From the IMG/VR virus record IMGVR_UViG_3300048016_000310: 64,000 nucleotides of DNA. One strand, written 5' to 3'. This document shows positions 26,413-35,604 of this stretch, in pieces (position 1 is the stretch's first letter; each line of letters starts with the position of its first letter). The stretch is from a virus. Taxonomy: Duplodnaviria; Heunggongvirae; Uroviricota; Caudoviricetes. The notes below the pieces were generated by a model. It was not told the DNA's origin. It was given only the letters and a program-made list of their open reading frames with translations, and did no database searches. The translations under genes and the position numbers were made by a program.

Positions 26413-26673
26413 TTAATTGTTAATAATTATTGAATCATGTATTTCATCAAGCATAGAAGAAGCTTTTACTTCTCTAAAATGATAAACATTTTTATGTAGG
26501 TCTTTAGTTAAAATCCAAGCACTACTAGTACTTCTCCAACTGATAGTTATAAATTTTTCTGTTGAAGGTATAATAATAGTACGATTTTTAACAGGCAAAA
26601 ACTCATTAACTTCACTTTTTGAAGTTGAAGTACAAGCTACAAAAAGAAAACAAAAAATTATAAACTTTTTCAT
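26413..26673 (-). CDS. small secreted/lipoprotein-like protein
   Basis: Signal-like N-terminus MKKFIIFCFLFVACTSTS (Cys after a hydrophobic run). Confidence 0.4.
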   Translation of the reverse strand: MKKFIIFCFLFVACTSTSKSEVNEFLPVKNRTIIIPSTEKFITISWRSTSSAWILTKDLHKNVYHFREVKASSMLDEIHDSIIINN

Positions 26674-27041
26674 TTGTATTCTATTAGAAATTTATTTTCT
26701 TCTATTTTATACATTTTATACTTACCATCTGTACCTTCTGTTGCTTGACTAAGAGGTTGGTACAAATCAGAAGCTCTAGAAGAACTATAAATAAGCTTAG
26801 CTCTTCCTTCAGGATTTTCTATCCTAAGCTCTTTAATGTTCTGGTCATATACATACCAAACAAGCAAAACTTCTAAGCCAACAATAAAGATTCTCAAGAA
26901 TCCAGCCCAACCTTCACGATTAAGCCAAAATTGTTTATAAGCTTCCCAATCCAAGAACCAACAAAATACCAAAAAGAAAACTACTAAAGTAGGAAGCATT
27001 AAGTAAGTCATAGATTTTAATAATACTTTATAATTTATCAT
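26670..27041 (-). CDS. small membrane protein
   Basis: Two hydrophobic helices near the N-terminus. Confidence 0.4.
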   Translation of the reverse strand: MINYKVLLKSMTYLMLPTLVVFFLVFCWFLDWEAYKQFWLNREGWAGFLRIFIVGLEVLLVWYVYDQNIKELRIENPEGRAKLIYSSSRASDLYQPLSQATEGTDGKYKMYKIEENKFLIEYK

Positions 27042-27616
27042 TTCACTAAAGTTTTAAGGTTATCAATTATGAACTGAATTGTGTAATATTCAGGATTAAA
27101 AGTTTTTCCTACATTTTCAGAAAAACTTCCTAAATTAGAGCCTAAAGCTCCTACAAGTACAATTACAAATATTAAAGAACATATACCTAAAGGTATGCTA
27201 TAATCTGCATTAGCTAATATTGCATTTTTAAGTCTTTTATACAAAAATTTTACAATAAAGAAAAAAACTATACAATAAGCTAAATTTCCTATTAATCCTA
27301 CAACACCTTCAAGAAAAAACTTCTTCGTCACAACAATGTAGACTTTCTCAGTAGCAATTCCAAGATTAGTAGCAATGGCTTTTACCACATACTTAACATC
27401 ACCATAAATTTGTTTTGATACAGAAGATGTATCCATCGAATGTACAGTTTGTACAGCAAAATCTTTTCCTTCTTTCAAAAACTTTGAAGCAGAAGTCAGA
27501 GATTCTTTTCCCACATCAGAAACTGCTACAGCAGAAGATTTTATATCTTTTTTTACTGAATCATATGTTTGACCTAACAACATAAAAGGTAAAAGTAAAA
27601 ACAAAAGGGTTTTCAT
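27038..27616 (-). CDS. membrane protein
   Basis: Signal/TM at the N-terminus and 2-3 C-terminal TM helices. Confidence 0.4.
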   Translation of the reverse strand: MKTLLFLLLPFMLLGQTYDSVKKDIKSSAVAVSDVGKESLTSASKFLKEGKDFAVQTVHSMDTSSVSKQIYGDVKYVVKAIATNLGIATEKVYIVVTKKFFLEGVVGLIGNLAYCIVFFFIVKFLYKRLKNAILANADYSIPLGICSLIFVIVLVGALGSNLGSFSENVGKTFNPEYYTIQFIIDNLKTLVK

Positions 27617-27619
27617 TTA

Positions 27620-27994
27620 TTAAGTATTTAAATAGTGAACAAAAGGTTTAAAAAAGAATACAATAAGACTTACAATAAAAGCTCCTAAAAAACAGTAAAA
27701 AGCTCCTAAAAAACAGTAAAAAGCTCTTTTATTTACAGACATATAAAATTCTGTATGTGTTTGAGCTGGAGGAACTTGATATTCTGAAGTACAATAATAA
27801 TAAGTACTTTTATCTGGTCTTTGGTATAAGTAAACAAACCCACGATTAGGACCAGTACAATTAGAAGGAGCCTTATTCGAAGAAACTTCTGTTATAAAAG
27901 TTCCTACTTGATCAGTTTGATACTTAGGTGGTTTGCTAAATAAAAATAAAAATACACAAGCAAATACAATATAAGCAAAAATAAATCTTTTCAT
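27620..27994 (-). CDS. small membrane protein carrying an in-frame 21-nt tandem duplication
   Basis: The protein has a duplicated AFYCFLG segment. The DNA has cagtaaaaagctcctaaaaaa repeated twice at 27673-27722. Confidence 0.4.
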   Translation of the reverse strand: MKRFIFAYIVFACVFLFLFSKPPKYQTDQVGTFITEVSSNKAPSNCTGPNRGFVYLYQRPDKSTYYYCTSEYQVPPAQTHTEFYMSVNKRAFYCFLGAFYCFLGAFIVSLIVFFFKPFVHYLNT

Positions 27995-27995
27995 A

Positions 27996-28148
27996 TTATT
28001 CAGAAAATATAAAGCCTAATAACATAAACAAAAGAAATGTACCAACAATTGTCATTAAAACAATTTTAGTAAAAAACCATAGCAAAGCTAGGAAAAGTAG
28101 AACAACTGAGATAATTAAATACCACTTAATAAATATTTTTGGTTTCAT
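27996..28148 (-). CDS. small TM protein (below ORF-track cutoff)
   Basis: Manual translation MKPKIFIKWYLIISVVLLFLALLWFF... . Its ATG overlaps the upstream stop (ATGA). Confidence 0.3.
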   Translation of the reverse strand: MKPKIFIKWYLIISVVLLFLALLWFFTKIVLMTIVGTFLLFMLLGFIFSE

Positions 28149-28309
28149 ATTTTAATTTTTTTTTTATCTAAGAAATATGCAAAATACAACACACTGAGAG
28201 TATGAATAATTACAGCAAGCAAATCTACAAACTCAGAATCAACATGTTGTACAATATACCACATAAATATATTTAACCAACACAATAAGTATAATCTAAT
28301 CCATTTCAT
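28145..28309 (-). CDS. small TM protein, paralog of 28306..28473
   Basis: MKWIRLYLLCWLNIFMWYIV... . The N-terminal MKWI(R/K)xY..CLNIF.W motif is shared with the next ORF. Confidence 0.3.
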   Translation of the reverse strand: MKWIRLYLLCWLNIFMWYIVQHVDSEFVDLLAVIIHTLSVLYFAYFLDKKKIKI

Positions 28310-28473
28310 TTTAGTTTTTTAAATATAAATAAGAGTATTAAAAAACTTACACTAGCAAAAACAATTGCGATTACCATACCTACAAAAAAATCTGCTGGAT
28401 TATTCATGTCACAAATCCAAATCCATACAAAAATATTTAGACATACAATAATATAAGTTTTAATCCATTTCAT
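28306..28473 (-). CDS. small TM protein, paralog of 28145..28309
   Basis: MKWIKTYIIVCLNIFVWIWICD... . Overlapping ATGA junctions. Confidence 0.3.
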   Translation of the reverse strand: MKWIKTYIIVCLNIFVWIWICDMNNPADFFVGMVIAIVFASVSFLILLFIFKKLK

Positions 28474-28627
28474 GTTTTCTAAAGGTTAAAAGCCACAATT
28501 CTCCTGTTGTAAGATAAAATTGCAACCCATTTATTGTAAGTTCAAGAGTATCAAAATCTACTTCTTCTAACTTGAAAGAAGGATTAAATTGCTTAAATAA
28601 AGCAAGAAAGAAATCTTTTAAAGGCAT
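28460..28627 (-). CDS. small hypothetical protein
   Basis: Manual translation MPLKDFFLALFKQFNPSFKLEEVDFDTLELTINGLQFYLTTGELWLLTFRKHEMD. Overlaps the next ORF by 14 nt. Confidence 0.25.
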   Translation of the reverse strand: MPLKDFFLALFKQFNPSFKLEEVDFDTLELTINGLQFYLTTGELWLLTFRKHEMD

Positions 28628-29172
28628 AAGTTTTATTGTTTAATTTTTAAAAGTCACCTACCACCACAAGTGATAGGTGAACTTAACCATTAGTTTAAGA
28701 ACCCTGACCAACACCCTTTACTCATTGGTTTAGAATGGTCAGGATTTAAAACCCTAATAGTTTAGCATTAACATGAGTCATAGTAATCATAACTCTGTTT
28801 TTGCTTCCTAATCGATAATTAAAATCAATAGATTCTCTATTGAAAATAATCAACAATCGTAAAAATTCAGAAAGTTTAACAACAAAAGTCTTCATCTTTT
28901 AGGTAAAGGAACATTTAGAGGTACAACAACTTTCATACCATATTTCATTTGTACTGAAATAGGCATAATTCTTGGTCTTTTATCAGACCCAGCAACTCTA
29001 ACTTTTGGAGTATCTGCAAATAACATAGATAGGTGAAGCATAAAAACAAAATTTTAAGGTGAAGTTTGGTAAAAATTGTGAACTTTATTCATTAGTTACC
29101 ACATCTAATGAGTTGTACTCAAGAAAGATAAAATCTCTCTCAAGTATCAACTTCAACCCTAACAAGTACCTA

Positions 29173-29250
29173 AGTACTAAGCTCATCCAAAGAGACTCGA
29201 ACTCTTAATCTTCCTATCACCAGGATAGGTGTTTTACCAATTAAACTATG
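29173..29250 (-). tRNA. tRNA-like element with non-canonical anticodon loop (CCTGGTG; TGG, Pro-like?)
   Basis: D-arm GTTT-AATTGGTA-AAAC, anticodon stem CCTAT/ATAGG, T-arm AAGAG-TTCGAGT-CTCTT, acceptor TCTTCCA/TGGATGA (one mismatch). No CCA. Confidence 0.3.
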
Positions 29251-29293
29251 GAAGAAGATAGGGATTCTAAGCGAATCCCTCTTTAACACAACA

Positions 29294-30154
29294 CTACTTC
29301 TTGAAATTAATTGTAGCTGTTTCAGCTTTAAACTCTTTTACAAGTCTTTCACCTTCAGCCTCATTAATAGCTTTTTCAGTAGACATCTGTGCCACAATAG
29401 GCTTTACTTTAACTTCAAATGCCTCAATTGAAGCAATGAAAGTTGTTACCTCACTTTCAAGTTGAGTGAGACTTTCTTGATAAATCTTATACTCCGTAGA
29501 GTTATTTTCAATTAAAGAACTTGCCGAATTGGTAGCACTATCTACCTCTTTGAGGAGTTTATACTCCTCTGCTTTAGAATCTAAAGTGTATTTCAATTGT
29601 TCAGCTTGTAAGCTGGTCATGTCATACATCTCTTTCAAAGCTTTTTCTTGTCTTTTGACCATTTCTAGTCTAGGTTTTAAAACCTCAATTTGCTTGGAAT
29701 CTACAGCAACTTTAGAAGAAAAAGATGTTGTAGCAATTGTATTGCCTTGGTCTTCTGCTACTATAGCTTTTGCTTTATTGTTCTTAACTAAAAGCTCTAA
29801 TTCATTTATCTTTCTTTCTAAAGTAACTCTCATTGCTGAGACAGACTTCAAATTATCATAAATTTTTACAGTTTTCTCAACTATATAATCATGGTAACGA
29901 TATAAATAACCAAGTTTATCTTTAGAAATAAGCCATTTAGTCATATTCCAAGACAAAGTTTTAAAAGTCATCCATATAATAGAATAATTCCATATTACTA
30001 AAAGAACACAACCCACCAAAAACCCAAAGTAAAAAAGATTTTCTAAGAAAAAGATCATAGGTGGCAAAAGCCATTTTAAAAGAAAAAGTAAAGCAATAAT
30101 TAATACTAAAGCAAAACCTTTTTGGCCAGATGTTGTTAAATCTACTTTGTTCAT
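29294..30154 (-). CDS. membrane-anchored coiled-coil protein
   Basis: Two N-terminal TM helices, then a long heptad-rich region. Confidence 0.4.
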   Translation of the reverse strand: MNKVDLTTSGQKGFALVLIIALLFLLKWLLPPMIFFLENLFYFGFLVGCVLLVIWNYSIIWMTFKTLSWNMTKWLISKDKLGYLYRYHDYIVEKTVKIYDNLKSVSAMRVTLERKINELELLVKNNKAKAIVAEDQGNTIATTSFSSKVAVDSKQIEVLKPRLEMVKRQEKALKEMYDMTSLQAEQLKYTLDSKAEEYKLLKEVDSATNSASSLIENNSTEYKIYQESLTQLESEVTTFIASIEAFEVKVKPIVAQMSTEKAINEAEGERLVKEFKAETATINFKK

Positions 30155-31113
30155 TAGTTAAGAGTTAATAGAAAGCCAATTGTAAAGTTGGCATCCCAGT
30201 CAAAAATGTATTTTGTAGGTATCTCTTGCACCATTGCTGAATAAATGTTTAAGCCAGATTTAAGCTTTACATCATCACCAAAAGAATATTCTTCTGGAGC
30301 TTTTAGAAGCGTAAAACGCTCTTCTGCATTTCTAGATTCTTTTGCAAGTTTAAATGGAACTCCACCAATGATAAAGCAATTCTCCCTTTGAGAAGTAGGA
30401 ATTGTTTTTAAAGCAACTTTTATAGCTGTAGCAACTTCATCATCTGTTTTTCCATCTTGATAATATTTAGCACCTGGAGCTTCTACTGAAAATGGATTAC
30501 CATTTTTATATGAAGTAATCTTAGTATTTCCAGAACCAATATCTACAACAAATGAATTAGAACGATAAGACTTAGGCAGTAAAGCTTTTAATGCATACTT
30601 AGCCTCTTGGTCAGCAGTAACTCTATTTACTACATAACCCATATCTTCTATAGCTTTAGCAATTAATTCAGTCTTTTTATTCTTTAAAGCACCTGATGAC
30701 ATAACGAAATGTGCATTACGACCTGCTACACCTCTTTCAAACATCTTGGCAAGATACTTTTTTATTCCTGTTTGTACATCAAGAGTAGTAATAAACCCTT
30801 CATAAGCTAAAGATTCACCAAACTCTTTTGATATTAATTCCCAATTATCTTGTTTATCAACTTCTACTACAAATGAGTTGAATCCTGAAGCACCAACTTC
30901 AATTACTCCAAGTTTTTTACCGTTAATAGGTCTTTCTGTTTGAATGTTAATTGAAGAGGCTGTAGATGAAGGGATTAGATCAATATTCTCTATTGTAAGA
31001 ACTTTCTCTGGCTCAGAAGGCAAGACATCTGGATGTTTATAAGTATAATACTTAAATCCAGCTAGTGCTAAGACTAGCAATACTACGATTCCTAAAACGA
31101 TTTTCTGTTTCAT
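30154..31113 (-). CDS. ASKHA-superfamily (actin/Ppx-GppA-like) ATPase-fold protein with N-terminal TM anchor
   Basis: Phosphate-1/2-like motifs GVIEVGASGFNSF and VVDIGSGNTKIT. N-terminal hydrophobic helix. Confidence 0.4.
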   Translation of the reverse strand: MKQKIVLGIVVLLVLALAGFKYYTYKHPDVLPSEPEKVLTIENIDLIPSSTASSINIQTERPINGKKLGVIEVGASGFNSFVVEVDKQDNWELISKEFGESLAYEGFITTLDVQTGIKKYLAKMFERGVAGRNAHFVMSSGALKNKKTELIAKAIEDMGYVVNRVTADQEAKYALKALLPKSYRSNSFVVDIGSGNTKITSYKNGNPFSVEAPGAKYYQDGKTDDEVATAIKVALKTIPTSQRENCFIIGGVPFKLAKESRNAEERFTLLKAPEEYSFGDDVKLKSGLNIYSAMVQEIPTKYIFDWDANFTIGFLLTLN

Positions 31114-31553
31114 AATTCTGATCTGATTTTCATTAATAATAAACCTAATTTATTTTCACCAACATTATCGTAAATTGAGACTCCCCAAATTTTATCATTC
31201 CAATTATTCCACTCAATGATTTGTGAATCACCTGTGGCTTTTAACTGAGATTTCCAAGGGTCTCTCGAAAACTTAATACGTAGAGCTTTTTCCATTACAG
31301 ATTCTTTAACCTGTTCCCAATCTTGTCTTAATAGGACACTTCTTCCAAGTCTTTTTGATTCTGAAGGAGTTACTTTTCTAAAAGAATATTGTACTGTAGG
31401 TTCTATACTTTTTTGAGCTTGAAAATAATTCTCTACTGAAGGCCATTGTACACCATCAATTATTAAAGGTGTAATTTCCATGTTTGAGAACCAATTATAA
31501 ATCCATTTTCCTCTGTACGAAAATTCTTCTGGTTTATGTTCTTGCCAATTCAT
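31110..31553 (-). CDS. NADAR-domain protein (YbiA-like)
   Basis: GKWIYNWFSNMEITPLIIDGVQWPSVENYFQAQK...SKRLGR matches the NADAR signature (FSNF...PF..DG..Y.S.EHYFQA.K...AK.LGR). Confidence 0.65.
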   Translation of the reverse strand: MNWQEHKPEEFSYRGKWIYNWFSNMEITPLIIDGVQWPSVENYFQAQKSIEPTVQYSFRKVTPSESKRLGRSVLLRQDWEQVKESVMEKALRIKFSRDPWKSQLKATGDSQIIEWNNWNDKIWGVSIYDNVGENKLGLLLMKIRSEL

Positions 31554-31807
31554 AAATATTTTTTAGCTTTTGTTTTAGTGTAAAATAAAATGTTTCTTGT
31601 AAAATGAAAAGTTTCTTTATCTTTAAAGAAATCTCTTATTACAAAAGGCCAAAAAACTAACACTATAGAAAACATATAAAAATCTAACTCATTATAAGTT
31701 TTATGATTTCTATAATATTTATAGTGAGCACATTTATCTCCTAAGATATAAACATACAAACTAAAGACAGAACCAATAAGGTAAGAAATTAATAAAAACT
31801 TAAGCAT
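31550..31807 (-). CDS. small membrane protein
   Basis: 85 aa, two hydrophobic helices. Confidence 0.35.
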   Translation of the reverse strand: MLKFLLISYLIGSVFSLYVYILGDKCAHYKYYRNHKTYNELDFYMFSIVLVFWPFVIRDFFKDKETFHFTRNILFYTKTKAKKYL

Positions 31808-31991
31808 AATGCACAGCTTTTAAATTTTGTATTCTTTCTTCTTCCTCTTTCTCAATTTTTTTAGCTGCCTTAGCTATAAGAGCTTTTAAAGCTAACTCTT
31901 TATTACAATTAGGTCTTCTAATGTAATCTGCATCTGTTAAAGGTACATGCACACCTTGTAAAGCTTGAAGTGTTCTTGGTACTGGGTTCAT
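31800..31991 (-). CDS. hypothetical small protein
   Basis: 63-aa ORF. Confidence 0.3.
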   Translation of the reverse strand: MNPVPRTLQALQGVHVPLTDADYIRRPNCNKELALKALIAKAAKKIEKEEEERIQNLKAVHYA

Positions 31992-32287
31992 AATTTAATT
32001 CCTTTTTTTTGTACAACAATAAAACAATGCTGACCATTGAAAGTCTCTACAGACTTTAAAAGAAGATAATCTTTACCATTAAAAATTTGTCTTTCAACAA
32101 TAGTAAATTTATAATTCTTATACAAAGGTGTTCTTTCATCCTCCCAATGGTAATTAGATTCTTCTCTAACACCAATATGAGTATTCCATCTTATCTTACC
32201 AATTCTTTTAGAATGGTTTTGATAAATTTCTTTTTCTTTATAACTAAAATCAATTATCATTAAAGTAAAAGTTAAAAAAAGCCCCAC
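31988..32287 (-). CDS. hypothetical protein
   Basis: 99-aa ORF. Confidence 0.35.
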   Translation of the reverse strand: MGLFLTFTLMIIDFSYKEKEIYQNHSKRIGKIRWNTHIGVREESNYHWEDERTPLYKNYKFTIVERQIFNGKDYLLLKSVETFNGQHCFIVVQKKGIKL

Positions 32288-32302
32288 TTGGAGGCTTTTT
32301 AA

Positions 32303-32575
32303 TTAAAAAAACTTAGTTTGATAGCCTTCTAAAGCTTTCACTCCTCTTTGGATACTGGCAAGCTCTTCTTCAAGTTCTGCTAATTTCTTAAAAGACAAAG
32401 GATTTTCAAGCACACAAGCATCAATTTCTTTTTGTTTAGCTGACAATGACTTCTTGGTTGCTAAGAGGTCTGATTGTAACTGTAACTTGGCACTTTCTAC
32501 CCTGTACTGTATGTCCTCTGATTTCTGCTCCTCTGGTGATTTTTGCAACAGGTCTACTAATTTTGAATTCTTCAT
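32303..32575 (-). CDS. hypothetical coiled-coil protein (overlaps the 32436..33074 C-terminus in another frame; one of the two calls may be wrong)
   Basis: 90-aa ORF. Confidence 0.3.
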   Translation of the reverse strand: MKNSKLVDLLQKSPEEQKSEDIQYRVESAKLQLQSDLLATKKSLSAKQKEIDACVLENPLSFKKLAELEEELASIQRGVKALEGYQTKFF

Positions 32576-33074
32576 CTGTACTTTGTTTTTGGTTTAAAAA
32601 TTGATTTTTATATTCTTCTAGTGTGTAGATGTTATTAAAAAAATAGTTCTTAGCAGAACTTGAATCTGAAAAATAATCCCATACAAGAGTTCTATCAAAA
32701 CCCATGTATTTAGGTATAAAATTTTCGCTATAAGAATCTTTAGTCCATCTTGGATTAGGAAATAATTCTAGAAATTCTAAAAAATCTGAGTATGTTTTTA
32801 TATACATTCCAAAAATAGGAAACACTATATCTTCTTCAAAATTATTACTAAAAACTCCAGTATAATTAACCATAACTCTAGATGCAAGTTCATAAATTCT
32901 TTCCCAAAACTTAGAAGAATTATCTTTAAGGCTTTTGTAAATATTTGGAAACTCTTTTAAATCTTCTAAAGCTAAAGGTTTTCCTGTTTTTGCATAAACT
33001 TCTACCCACTCTGTACCTCTACTTCCAGAAGGTTTATTTCTAGTATAGTCTTGTTTAGTTATATCGTAGTACAT
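32436..33074 (-). CDS. hypothetical protein
   Basis: 212-aa ORF. Confidence 0.4.
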   Translation of the reverse strand: MYYDITKQDYTRNKPSGSRGTEWVEVYAKTGKPLALEDLKEFPNIYKSLKDNSSKFWERIYELASRVMVNYTGVFSNNFEEDIVFPIFGMYIKTYSDFLEFLELFPNPRWTKDSYSENFIPKYMGFDRTLVWDYFSDSSSAKNYFFNNIYTLEEYKNQFLNQKQSTDEEFKISRPVAKITRGAEIRGHTVQGRKCQVTVTIRPLSNQEVIVS

Positions 33075-33085
33075 TGTAATTTAGT

Positions 33086-33286
33086 TTAATGGTAACAAGT
33101 TGAATCACACTTTATTGCAAAAACGTACTCATAAGTCTCAATCTCATCATCAGTAGTTATTCTATGCTTTTCTTTGTATCTCTGCTCAATATCTCTAATT
33201 TGAGCTTGATATTCAATACCAACAATCGAAACTAAAACAAAAACTACAATCATATATGGGATTGCTCTTTTAAATCCTGCTTTCAT
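33086..33286 (-). CDS. small membrane protein
   Basis: 66 aa with a TM helix. Confidence 0.3.
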   Translation of the reverse strand: MKAGFKRAIPYMIVVFVLVSIVGIEYQAQIRDIEQRYKEKHRITTDDEIETYEYVFAIKCDSTCYH

Positions 33287-33573
33287 AACATAAGGGAGTA
33301 ATATTCAACAATAAACTTTTCTGAATAATTAGTAAGAACTTCAAAATCTTTAAAGATATGTAGTAAGTTCATACAGTCTGCTTCTTCACCTAATTCAGTT
33401 TGAAAACAGAACCCATCTCCTTCTGGAAATGGTGAGACATACGAGAAATGAACAAGAACTTTTTCTACATACCCTAAGAGTTCTTCTCTTGGTAAAGGCT
33501 CTTTCCATATAACATTACCAAACACAGCATGGTCTAGATGCTTAAAAGGCTTAAGAATTTTAATTGTTTTCAT
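33283..33573 (-). CDS. hypothetical protein
   Basis: 96-aa ORF. Confidence 0.35.
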   Translation of the reverse strand: MKTIKILKPFKHLDHAVFGNVIWKEPLPREELLGYVEKVLVHFSYVSPFPEGDGFCFQTELGEEADCMNLLHIFKDFEVLTNYSEKFIVEYYSLML

Positions 33574-33919
33574 ATCTTGGGGTTTTTATCACCTGTTGCC
33601 AGGCCGCACAATTACTACTTTTTAAAACAACTTTGAACAGGTTATTAATAAATACTTGTAGTATAAGACTTGGTGTTTCTACCAAGAATGCAATAAATAT
33701 GACTTCTAATTTACCAAGGTAAACACTTGCATTGACCAAGTTGTAGTTTCATCTTACGTACTGCTGCCTCCCCATCATTTGCAACTGATGGTTCATATCA
33801 TTATCTTTTAATTAACTTTTAAAACCAAGTCAGCTGGTCTGCATTATGGAATTAATGTATTTGTCAATCAGTCAAATATGAATATCTAGTTGTTAAGCAC
33901 AACTATAAGCTTTTAATAT

Positions 33920-34444
33920 TTACCTACAGAACTTTAGTTTAAGTTCATCGTAAGAAAAATCTTCTATTACTTGACCTTGATTCTTAAAGGTGTATCGAGT
34001 TAAGTCAACCATTTGGAATACTGACCAATTTTTTAAGCCAGAACAATGTTTACCAAGAAATACATCTCGAAATGTTTCTTTGGTAGTCATGCTCTGTAAA
34101 GTTACATAAGCATGTTTTGGTGGATTAATCTCTAAAACCTGATAAGTATCTTGCTGTTTAGAAACAAATTGTTCTTGTCTTGCAGCACATCCAAACAGAA
34201 TAAAAGGTATTAATAAAAACTTTACAGTTTTTTTAAACCAATCTTGTAATTCTTTTGGAGTCATTTTAGGCAAAAATTCCATACAGAATAAACCTAATAT
34301 AGAATACATCAAAGCTTTGTCTTTTACTTTAGTTTCTACTTTCCACTCAAAATGCTTTGAATGCAAGAGCATTACAATATTTGGAGCAAGTAAACAAAAT
34401 AATAACAAAGCATTTACAAATAAAGACCAATGTAATGCATTCAT
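33920..34444 (-). CDS. membrane protein
   Basis: 174 aa. N-terminal TM helices. Confidence 0.4.
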   Translation of the reverse strand: MNALHWSLFVNALLLFCLLAPNIVMLLHSKHFEWKVETKVKDKALMYSILGLFCMEFLPKMTPKELQDWFKKTVKFLLIPFILFGCAARQEQFVSKQQDTYQVLEINPPKHAYVTLQSMTTKETFRDVFLGKHCSGLKNWSVFQMVDLTRYTFKNQGQVIEDFSYDELKLKFCR

Positions 34445-34692
34445 AATGGCTTACAAGTTACTATAGTATATAACTCATACTTACCAAGTACTTTTGCATT
34501 ACCAGAAAACTGTTCTTCTAGTTCTTGAGCAGTCTTTGGAGAATAAAATTCTCTTACAGTTCTGCCTGTTTGTATTAGGACACCTTCTTCATACTTCTTG
34601 TAATTAAATTCACAAGAAACAGAAAAATTTAATTCTTTTGGTTCGCAGCTCATACATAGTATGCCTACAAACAATGTTAGGAGTTTTTTCAT
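34441..34692 (-). CDS. lipoprotein-like small protein
   Basis: MKKLLTLFVGILCMSC signal with Cys. Confidence 0.35.
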   Translation of the reverse strand: MKKLLTLFVGILCMSCEPKELNFSVSCEFNYKKYEEGVLIQTGRTVREFYSPKTAQELEEQFSGNAKVLGKYELYTIVTCKPL

Positions 34693-34991
34693 TGTTGTTC
34701 AATTAAATATTTAATAAATTCTTTACGTTGTTCAGTACTATCTTTTGTACCTTTTTGCCACCAAAAATTATTCCAAAAAGACTTATTATATGTTGAATGA
34801 GAATAGAATTGAGGATGTTTACCCACAGAAGGTCTTTGTTCAATAAAATGAGATGATAATATTTTATACTCTTCTTGTGATATTTTTCCATAATGTGCAA
34901 GAGTAGAAATAGCCCAACACAAACTAGATACAACATCATCATAAACAATATGTTCATATAGAATCTGATATAATTCTTTAAGAGTTCTCAT
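34689..34991 (-). CDS. hypothetical protein
   Basis: 100-aa ORF. Confidence 0.35.
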   Translation of the reverse strand: MRTLKELYQILYEHIVYDDVVSSLCWAISTLAHYGKISQEEYKILSSHFIEQRPSVGKHPQFYSHSTYNKSFWNNFWWQKGTKDSTEQRKEFIKYLIEQQ

Positions 34992-35251
34992 CTTAGTTCA
35001 GGGGAAAAGGATTCAACAACTTTAGGATTCAAAGTATATGGCAACACAGCATTAAAATAAAGCAATTCCCACTCATCAAATTCTTGGTCTTTCAAACGCT
35101 CCTCTTGATATTCTTCCCAAGAAAGTTTTCTCCAAGCATTTTGAGTTCTATACAAAATAGTAAGAATGTTCTTAAATATAAGCTCATGATCGTATTTTCT
35201 AAAAATGCTAGCCATTGGCATAATTCTGTAGTAATCTTCAGGTAATTTCAT
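34988..35251 (-). CDS. hypothetical protein
   Basis: 87-aa ORF. Confidence 0.35.
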   Translation of the reverse strand: MKLPEDYYRIMPMASIFRKYDHELIFKNILTILYRTQNAWRKLSWEEYQEERLKDQEFDEWELLYFNAVLPYTLNPKVVESFSPELR

Positions 35252-35604
35252 TTTAAAAAGGTTTAAGTTTTAATTACATCATAGCTACTACACGTTGTCT
35301 ATTAGATTTTTCAAGACATTAAGCTACCAACCCACCTAAGTAGGTATTTGTACAATCCAATTTCCATCATCAGCATCAAATATAGATGCTTCATAAGTGC
35401 TTTTGGTATTTTTATCATACACTAAATCACCAATTTTTGTATCTTGGTAAATAATAGTATAGATTACACCTTCAATTTCTACTTCTTCTTTCACAATTAT
35501 GATATTTAAAATGGAAAGAGTCCAGCATCAAAAGACACTGGACTCATGAAAGGTGATAAGCTATTTTAAGCAAACCAATTCTTACTATCCCTACTGTTGT
35601 TTTC

